DNA of 64,000 nucleotides from Clostridiales bacterium DTU072 (GTDB lineage Bacteria; Bacillota; Clostridia; Christensenellales; DTU072): NCBI GenBank assembly GCA_001512685.1, contig LFSG01000046.1, positions 17,707 to 81,706 of the forward strand, read 5' to 3'. Shown piece by piece: positions 59,001 to 64,000 of this stretch (position 1 is its first letter; each line of letters starts with the position of its first letter). The notes under the pieces were generated by a model. It saw only the letters and a program-made list of their open reading frames with translations, ran no database searches and was not told where the DNA came from. The position numbers and the translations under genes were made by a program.

Positions 59001-60026
59001 GAGGAAGATTTTGCGGTAACAGGTTATGACAAAACTAAAATAGGGGTGCAAAATATTACCGTTACATATATAGTAACGGGAGATTTTTGGACTTATCAGG
59101 TCGAGGTAAGGAATAAAATACAAAGAATTGTTGTGGATTATGAAAAATCAAAGCTGATATACGCTTTGGGAGAGCCTCTTTCCATCGTTATGTATTGCGA
59201 ATATGTCAACGGGGAACAGTCTTTGATTACCGATTCGTTCATTCATGATTTCGATAGTACGAAAATCGGGGTTCAGCAAATAAATATCAGTTATTGGGGA
59301 ACTTACAGCGTCACTTTAATTGTGGAAGTAATAGATATTCCCGTGGAGATTCAACTTATCGCTCCCGCCAAAAAATACTACGATTACGGCCAAACGCTGG
59401 ATTTAAGCGGGGGCAAGGTGATTCTGACTACCAAGAGCGGCACCAAAAAAACCTTAAGCATTTCGGCGTATGAAGATTATTTGACGCCCTTTAATCCCAC
59501 GCCTTCAAAAGGAGGAGCGCAGGTAATATTCTTGAATTTGACTCAATTCGGGCTTTCCACAAGCTTCAAGGTTTATGTAAGAGAAAAAAACGCCAGTCCG
59601 CTGCTTGTGCTTAATGAAGGCGTGCAAGGCGTAAAGATTGACAGAATCAATACCAGAATAATTTTTGACGAAGGAACTATTTTTGCCGAATTTATGGACA
59701 AGGTAAATTCCTATGCCGATATCCTTTGCAAAAAGAAGGACGGAAGCTATATGGATATCGTCTATGACCAAAATATGTTTTTGAATTCCGACATATCGAT
59801 AGAAATAAGAAATTCCGAAGGCGCTTTGCTGGAAGCTTTCAGCGTATACGTCAAAGGCGACGCCGACAAGAACGGAATATTGGACCAAAACGATATTCCT
59901 TTGCTTGCTCAGGCATTGCTGCAAAACACAAGCAACGCGGCGATATACGCCGATTACAACGGCGACGGCGTATATACGCTTACAGACTTTGTTTTGTGGA
60001 CGCAAAAAGCCAAACAGCTTCAATAA
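53091..60026 (+). CDS. Secreted multidomain protein (2311 aa): M6 (immune inhibitor A-like) metalloprotease, RCC1 propeller, Big_2, RCC1 propeller, Big_2, ~9 Ig-like repeats, dockerin
   Basis: Evidence along the protein:
- N-terminal signal/anchor helix.
- M6 blocks: …YYYKLSYGKINVE…, GGMLWPHSWDL, HEFAHVLGVPDLY (HEXXH codons 54057-54071), GNWDLM.
- ~36-aa RCC1-type blades: 6 in ~55265-55900 and 7 in ~56223-57000.
- Two Big_2 units (…KIGQTYQLNPTVLPYNAT…SSGNPEKVSVTADGLITALQVGTAVIT…).
- Ig-like repeats of the type …YYYGEEIDLGGG…, …YDYGQTLDLSGGKV….
- C-terminal dockerin. Confidence 0.9.
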   Translation: MKKKAKITYIAILTLFILALAFFAMEGFEDRRLSPQGEIVGKNTFRQTMVQADGVTVEFFASGDQYFNYLHDKDGYILLRHNGYLVYAKEKNGRPMPSSVKYTDSREKIDALDKMVYSDIDFSLNPDLITEYPEQQSSALYQSAQSHQPIINIVIFICFAGETVNLDRQLIDGYLNGSENSLADYYYKLSYGKINVESVYPQTSGDNIYVYQDSNPRSYYQLKEGASNRARRESQLLNSAVAASRYYFDLQGLDIDTDNDGFVDSVNFLISGTPYSSWGGMLWPHSWDLYDISNGNSQTINGLRVRKYSFNFLEQLTVGLLAHEFAHVLGVPDLYHYNDSHAAVGNWDLMHYEADIPQFMTTHLRYKYLNVVNDCQIGIVEYNGVYSLKPVTAASPHDIVAYRINTDKSDEYFMVEFRNNNIAGYDASLPGAGLIIYRIKQGVYGNSEALKHNAQKPDEVYIFRPNVVTTGSEATKSLGNLNKAYLSPHNPDFYKVGSSLQQKPNSYFDSDTLYYTNGRNSGISIEAIAINDDQIIFEVKLSGVDNVDNNYFLNKLSIENAKLNNDSQFSGVYADLNVSDINLSYLKSLYATLKSQSGNEITVVHLDRNKFVEAYQSGLRSFAVRFVVNRKGSSLISVFYDAQWNNFNEPATMELYAVDSDNDNIKIGEYDINKSYASWASIEMTGMAYKPSVDASMTSTVIVKKDGRAVVSSVNPSLDRLSIEGVISASIGAYHLLCVKSDLKVWAYGNMNQGENNVGDWTNIIKAVAGEHTSYGLDYKGNVYCAGQNTLTGVNEWRDIIDISAGEKHIVGLQANGRVLALGNNEYQQCQVSEWTDIVAIAAGHKFTAGLKKNGKVVIAGELSDAYLAQGWSDIKKIAAGENHLLAIDGGGKVYAAGENFHGQCNVQDIYDIIQIAAGKDHSVMLREDGEIIYAGHIEHDLLDDNLIYINDDYVEVTSITSPFDKKILKIGQTYQLNPTVLPYNATYKKMTYSSGNPEKVSVTADGLITALQVGTAVITGRHRGSELKITVEITVQEPINTKAMIAAGDKHSVILDNSGTVYSSGSNDYGQLDVNMWGNVVFVAAGGNTTIGITPENKLLVAGEMAGMGAEQWTDIVFAATSGNAIVGITQSGICKAIGDDDYKQVTTYISERTDIKAVALSSTHIVALKKNGTVIAFGNNSSGQTEVGHWRKVAQIAAGEGFSLGLTEEGEVLYAGASPYVQDMTIIEGWKDIVYIAAGPYHIAAVDFDGNVYAVGNNSHGQTDAGGLENIGLIACGGAHTVGIDFYGVTAGIGRNYDGRLHLPDVNELPYIELNDITFEEESYSDDVIFGVKIGEKRKLNPVFNPFNATDRKSQNITYISSAPAIASVDQRGFITGMSAGSAVVTMTVRGNGEQKTASIQVRVYSNAISVSIAQQPFKTVYRYGERLSLLGGRAIVRISSETSYSKKITKDMIENYDTVTNAYGNVMVKVRDGQAFAKYEITVVNVTQSIEITDISNLKTIYYYGEEIDLGGGWVTRTLADGSKLDAQTMQSLDDGKGSLEIIADTHILASTFVTLKYTDPDPIALKAGIVNVIYISFEIAVFDKVIGITPNLSKSVFAYGEEIFGNGELIIKMQSGADIIEPIIRKTDIEDGEDSVIVIEGYDKYVLGAQNVKFRYYNPDFDIPLSLYPQVSVTVEDSVSHLIVTSMMLNDAAVYDSNKHYDQSILARVSFYGGAVIDVGNVDGQPLFENIHLGFDDYQQGDGFENINMHVWVKNTLGGYSKLYTVVQKVFGLSSVEELQLIGQSSFKYGEETDLRLWIKVGNDTEYTIEIDDWVLGVDNTLLTPQTISFTLMGKTAQKTIQFFDYVTGIYTRQLNITVIVGQEYNQIPLDVYCVMASGAEQTVQNWTMSNYDKNKLGTQYVTVNYTFNYEQFHYNITVNVIDVIDEIRVLSSPKTLYEVYQDLDLSDFSIRLIFRQSTPQDIHYNEEDFAVTGYDKTKIGVQNITVTYIVTGDFWTYQVEVRNKIQRIVVDYEKSKLIYALGEPLSIVMYCEYVNGEQSLITDSFIHDFDSTKIGVQQINISYWGTYSVTLIVEVIDIPVEIQLIAPAKKYYDYGQTLDLSGGKVILTTKSGTKKTLSISAYEDYLTPFNPTPSKGGAQVIFLNLTQFGLSTSFKVYVREKNASPLLVLNEGVQGVKIDRINTRIIFDEGTIFAEFMDKVNSYADILCKKKDGSYMDIVYDQNMFLNSDISIEIRNSEGALLEAFSVYVKGDADKNGILDQNDIPLLAQALLQNTSNAAIYADYNGDGVYTLTDFVLWTQKAKQLQ
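59850..60023 (+). other. Type I-like dockerin module (two Ca-binding F-hand segments)
   Basis: GDADKNGILDQNDIPLLAQALL … ADYNGDGVYTLTDFVLWTQ matches the duplicated D.N.DG.I…D…L pattern of dockerins. Confidence 0.75.
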
Positions 60027-60041
60027 AGAGGGGTGGAGCGA

Positions 60042-60770
60042 ATGAAAAAAATATTGGCGGCGTTATTTATTTTGATTTTCTCGTTTTGCTTGGCGGGCTG
60101 CCGAGATAAGCAGATAAAAGCAGGCGACATAAGCTATATAGAAATACAGAAAGGCTCTTTCAAAACAGTTTATAATGTGGACGAGAAAATAAACTTCGAC
60201 AATGTTTATATCGTCATTGTGTTAAAAAACGATAAAGGCCACATCGTGCAGAAAGTAACTCCGGATATGCTTGAAGGCTTTGACACTTCCACTACCACAG
60301 GGCCTACCCAAAGGCGCTCCATGAGAGTCAAATACTTGGGCATGTATACTTCATATTGGGATTATGTGGTGGTAAGCGAATATAATATTATTACCAAGGC
60401 GCGGCTTAAGCTGAATGAAAAAATAGAAGGCGACAACTTCTTTGTTACCTTGAATTTGGATTTTCAGGATTTAAGCCCCGTTTACGCTTTCATGATGACC
60501 GTAAGGTTTGACAGCTCCCAATTGGACTATAATGACGATGTGCTTTTGTATAACAGCGGCTGGGAATTGGAAAAAAGGAACATAAATCCGGGGAGCTTCA
60601 CCTTTATTTATTATTGCGGTAAAGAAGGCCGAGCGGTTGTCCAAAGCGGCGATCTGTTGAGGTTTTGCTTTAATAAAAAGGTAGCAGGAAGCGTCAATGT
60701 GGAAATAGAGGAAATCACATTGAGCGACGGAAATAACGACATCAATCTTCCCGATGTAAAATTAATATAA
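60042..60770 (+). CDS. Lipoprotein with one Ig-like repeat and a C-terminal cohesin-like domain
   Basis: ATG at 60042 (GGTGGAG upstream), 15 nt after the protease stop. Lipobox FSFCLAGC. The first ~85 mature residues repeat the Ig-like unit of the upstream protein (…FKTVYNVDEKINFDN…VKYLGMYTSYWDYVV). The rest (…FFVTLNLDFQDLSPVYAFMMTVRFDSSQLDYND…GSFTFIYYCG…GDLLRFCFNKK…VEIEEITLSDGN) follows the cohesin beta-sandwich pattern by eye. Confidence 0.75.
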   Translation: MKKILAALFILIFSFCLAGCRDKQIKAGDISYIEIQKGSFKTVYNVDEKINFDNVYIVIVLKNDKGHIVQKVTPDMLEGFDTSTTTGPTQRRSMRVKYLGMYTSYWDYVVVSEYNIITKARLKLNEKIEGDNFFVTLNLDFQDLSPVYAFMMTVRFDSSQLDYNDDVLLYNSGWELEKRNINPGSFTFIYYCGKEGRAVVQSGDLLRFCFNKKVAGSVNVEIEEITLSDGNNDINLPDVKLI

Positions 60771-60790
60771 GGAATAAGGAGAAAAATATT

Positions 60791-62260
60791 ATGTTAAAGT
60801 TAATTCCCTATCCCAACAAAGTAACTCTCAAAGAGGGAGTTTTAGAAAAGCCCTATAAGATTAACGAAATCAAAACGCTTAGTTCGCTGGGCGAAGAAGG
60901 TTATAAGATGACAATTGACAATGACGGCGTTACCATTAAAGCCGTAAGCGACAAAGGATTATTTTACGGCAAACAAACGCTTAAGCAATTGGAAATCCAA
61001 TATAAAAATGCCCTGCCTTTTTTGGAAATCGAAGACAGCCCTCAATATTCATATAGGGGCTATATGCTCGATTGCGTAAGGCATTTTTTTACGGTGGAGG
61101 AAATCAAAAAGCAGATTGACATGCTGGCGCTGTTGAAAATAAACACTTTCCATTGGCATTTGACCGACGATCAGGGCTGGAGAATAAAATCCGACAAGTA
61201 TCCCTTGCTCACCGAAGTGGGCGGCTCGCGCAAGCAAACCATGGGCGACGGCATCAAAGTGGAAGGGTATTACAGCAAGGAGGACATAAGGGAAATTGTG
61301 GATTACTGCAAGCAAAATTACATTAATGTCATTCCCGAAATAGATATTCCGGGGCATTTCAGGGCGGCTATCGCGGCTTATCCCCATTTGTCCTGTTTTC
61401 AACAAAAAACCATTGTGGGCGAAGGTTACGGCATTTCGCCTTATATCGCTTGCGCGGGCAAGCAAAGCGTTTATGATTTTCTTTATGATTTGCTGGATGA
61501 GATATTGGAGCTTTTTCCTTACGAATATATACATTTGGGCGGCGACGAAGCGCTTAAGCTCAATTGGATAACCTGTCCCGATTGCCAAAAGACCATTCAA
61601 GAGAATAACCTTAAAAACGAAGAAGAGCTTCAAGGCTATTTTATGACGAAAATGGTAAAGTACCTCAACGGCAAAGGCAGAAAGGTAATTAATTGGAACG
61701 ACGGCATGTTGGGCGGCAATATCCAAGGCGATATCGTGGTGCAGTATTGGAAGGAATCAAAAGAATGCAAACAAGCCGCTTATGATGAAGTAAAAAAGGG
61801 CAGAAAAGTAATTGTCAGTCCGTTTTTTAGCTTCTATTTGGATTATCCCGCCGGTATGACACCGCTGAAAAAGACTTATAATTATAAAATAGACATTAAC
61901 ATGGAAGGCAATGTATGGGGGTTGGAAGCGCCTTTATGGACGGAGCATGTCGAAAATGTCAATAAATTGGAAGAAATGACATATCCCAGACTCATTGCCG
62001 TGGCCGAAAGGAATTGGACCAAGCGCGCAGATTATAAAAGTTTCTTGACAAGGTTGAAATATTTTTATAAGATTTTAGATATGCGGAAAATCGCATACAG
62101 CAAAAACCCCAATCCTTTCTTCCTTAAAGGCAAGTTTGATATGATAAAGTTTTTTGTCAACGCCTTAAAGAAAGTGGATAAAGAAAATATCAAAGCCCAG
62201 AGGGCAACAAAGAAGCTGTTAAACCAAAAATATAAATCTGCACAAAAGGAAAGGAAATGA
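60791..62260 (+). CDS. GH20 beta-N-acetylhexosaminidase
   Basis: RGYMLDCVRHFF, FHWHLTDDQGWR and HLGGDE catalytic blocks. No signal peptide. Confidence 0.9.
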   Translation: MLKLIPYPNKVTLKEGVLEKPYKINEIKTLSSLGEEGYKMTIDNDGVTIKAVSDKGLFYGKQTLKQLEIQYKNALPFLEIEDSPQYSYRGYMLDCVRHFFTVEEIKKQIDMLALLKINTFHWHLTDDQGWRIKSDKYPLLTEVGGSRKQTMGDGIKVEGYYSKEDIREIVDYCKQNYINVIPEIDIPGHFRAAIAAYPHLSCFQQKTIVGEGYGISPYIACAGKQSVYDFLYDLLDEILELFPYEYIHLGGDEALKLNWITCPDCQKTIQENNLKNEEELQGYFMTKMVKYLNGKGRKVINWNDGMLGGNIQGDIVVQYWKESKECKQAAYDEVKKGRKVIVSPFFSFYLDYPAGMTPLKKTYNYKIDINMEGNVWGLEAPLWTEHVENVNKLEEMTYPRLIAVAERNWTKRADYKSFLTRLKYFYKILDMRKIAYSKNPNPFFLKGKFDMIKFFVNALKKVDKENIKAQRATKKLLNQKYKSAQKERK

Positions 62261-64000
62261 AAAATTATTACAATTTATCCCCCGAAGAAGTTTTGAAAGA
62301 GCTTAATACCTCCGAAAAGGGTTTAAACGGCGAAGAAGCTAAGCGAAGACTGGAAAAATACGGAAAAAACGAGCTTAAAGAAGCGGCGAAAAAGTCTTTT
62401 CTTGCAAGATTCCTCAATCAAATGAAAGATGTGATGATAATCGTTCTCTTGGTGGCGGCCGCGGTAAGCGCGGCTATTGCCATTGCGAGGAAAGAGTATT
62501 CGGAGCTTATAGACAGCGGCATTATATTGCTGATAGTATTGATAAACGCTTTTATCGGTTTGGCGCAGGAAAGCAAAGCCGAAGCCGCTTTGGAAGCGTT
62601 AAAGAATATGAATAAGCCGCTGGCCAAGGTTTTAAGGGACGGCGAAATAGTCAAAATAAACAGCAGCGAAATAGTTGTGGGCGACATAGTCATGCTTGAG
62701 GCGGGAGACACCGTACCCGCGGACATGAGACTGATATCAAGCGCTTCGTTAAAAATTGAGGAAGCCGCTTTGACGGGAGAATCGGTGCCCAGCGAAAAAG
62801 ACACCGCTACTTTGGACAAAGAAGACGCGCCTTTGGGAGACAGGTATAATATGGCTTATTCTTCGGGCGCCGTCGCCTACGGAAGAGGACAGGGCGTTGT
62901 GGTGGCTACGGGCATGAATACCGAAGTGGGTAAAATTGCCGAAATGCTGAGTAAAAGCGAAGAGCAGCAAACGCCTTTGCAGCAGCAGCTTGCCAAAACC
63001 GCCAAGATATTGAGCGTAATCGTGCTAATAGCCGCCGCCATTATTTTTGCGGTGGCGGTTATAAAAGCAAGAAGCTTTGCTTTAGATGTGATAATTGGCT
63101 CCTTCATGACGGCGGTGGCTATCGCCGTGGCCGCCATTCCCGAAGGGTTGCCGGCGGTGGTTACCATTGTGCTTGCCATAGGCGTGCAGAGGATGAGCGA
63201 AAGAAAAGCCATAATAAGAAATTTGCCCGCCGTTGAGACGCTGGGATGCTGTCAAATAATTTGTTCGGATAAGACAGGCACGCTCACTCTCAACCAGATG
63301 ACGGTAAAAGAACTGTTTACTTTCAAAAAAGGCATAATCGCCGAAGGAGAAAAGACGGAAGACAAAGCTTTCGACAATTTGATTAAGGGGATGACGCTTT
63401 GTAACGATACCGTTATCAATGAAGATAAATTGCTGGGCGATCCCACCGAAACGGCGCTTGTGGCTTATGCCCAAAAAATCGGCGTAGACGTTGTTGAATT
63501 AAATAAGCTCAATAAACGAATTGACGAAATTCCCTTTGACAGCAAAAGAAAATTGATGAGCACAATAAACCAAAACGCCGAAAAGACGACCGCTTTCATT
63601 AAAGGCGCTCCCGATATTCTTATCGGCAAATGCAAATATATTCAAGACGACGATAAAATACGCGAAATTACCGATAAAGACATAGAAATTATCAACCAAG
63701 CCAATAACGCCATGGCAAAAAAAGCGCTCAGGGTTCTGGCCGTGGCGGTTAAGCACGAGGACTTGAATATCGAAAATCTGGAAAGCGATATGGTATTCGT
63801 GGGCTTGGTGGGCATGATAGACCCTCCCAGACCCGAGGTTGCCGAAGCTGTAAGAGTATGCAAAAAAGCGGGCATGACGGCTATTATGATAACCGGCGAC
63901 CATATAGACACCGCTTCGGCCATAGCCAAAGAAATCGGCATACTTGACAAAGACGATTATCTTGTCATAACCGGGCAGCAGCTTGACAAGCTCAGCGACG
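62257..64000 (+). CDS. Cation (Ca2+-type, P2A) P-type ATPase, N-terminal ~581 aa (runs off the right edge)
   Basis: Absent from the ORF track because there is no stop in the window. The ATG overlaps the GH20 stop (ATGA). MKNYYNLSPEEVLKELNTSEKGLNGEEAKRRLEKYGKNEL…, LTGESVPSEK, PEGLPAVVTIVLA, CSDKTGTLT and MITGDH are visible in frame. Confidence 0.9.
   Translation, partial: MKNYYNLSPEEVLKELNTSEKGLNGEEAKRRLEKYGKNELKEAAKKSFLARFLNQMKDVMIIVLLVAAAVSAAIAIARKEYSELIDSGIILLIVLINAFIGLAQESKAEAALEALKNMNKPLAKVLRDGEIVKINSSEIVVGDIVMLEAGDTVPADMRLISSASLKIEEAALTGESVPSEKDTATLDKEDAPLGDRYNMAYSSGAVAYGRGQGVVVATGMNTEVGKIAEMLSKSEEQQTPLQQQLAKTAKILSVIVLIAAAIIFAVAVIKARSFALDVIIGSFMTAVAIAVAAIPEGLPAVVTIVLAIGVQRMSERKAIIRNLPAVETLGCCQIICSDKTGTLTLNQMTVKELFTFKKGIIAEGEKTEDKAFDNLIKGMTLCNDTVINEDKLLGDPTETALVAYAQKIGVDVVELNKLNKRIDEIPFDSKRKLMSTINQNAEKTTAFIKGAPDILIGKCKYIQDDDKIREITDKDIEIINQANNAMAKKALRVLAVAVKHEDLNIENLESDMVFVGLVGMIDPPRPEVAEAVRVCKKAGMTAIMITGDHIDTASAIAKEIGILDKDDYLVITGQQLDKLSD

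Overview
The window is a 64-kb chromosomal segment that looks like a Gram-positive anaerobe, probably Clostridia-like. Supporting signs are strong AGGAGG-type Shine-Dalgarno sites, an rpsF-ssb-rpsR operon, many lipobox lipoproteins and a cohesin/dockerin pair. All calls come from reading the sequence and recognising motifs; no database search was possible.

The left ~20 kb holds ordinary genes:
- a cobalamin riboswitch driving a partial lipoprotein gene
- a 2Fe-2S protein
- a P1B heavy-metal ATPase operon with two membrane proteins
- a DagK-family lipid kinase, serS, a DUF1624-like membrane protein and a BspA-type LRR lipoprotein
- rpsF-ssb-rpsR, followed by an AT-rich non-coding stretch with a decayed vsr remnant
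- tRNA-Arg(CCT), feoAB, a thioredoxin-like/CcdA pair, a GH38-like hydrolase and a leaderless Cu/Zn SOD

The main result is a same-strand ~40-kb locus (about 20.4-60.8 kb) with at least three predicted promoters. It encodes a 719-aa lipoprotein and two giant lipoproteins of 3630 and 6342 aa. All three share a paralogous N-terminal head module. The giants also carry many beta-sandwich-like modules, kilobase-long helical regions with a recurring W-D/E-x-L-Y motif, tandem ~100-aa repeats and a C-terminal beta-helix.

Next comes a 2311-aa secreted protein combining an M6 metalloprotease, two RCC1 propellers, Big_2 and Ig-like repeats and a C-terminal dockerin. It is followed directly by a small lipoprotein with a cohesin-like domain. 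I read this as a candidate, apparently undescribed, membrane-tethered cell-surface system.

A GH20 hexosaminidase and a partial Ca-type P-type ATPase end the window. I saw no CRISPR array, transposase, integrase, reverse transcriptase or rRNA.
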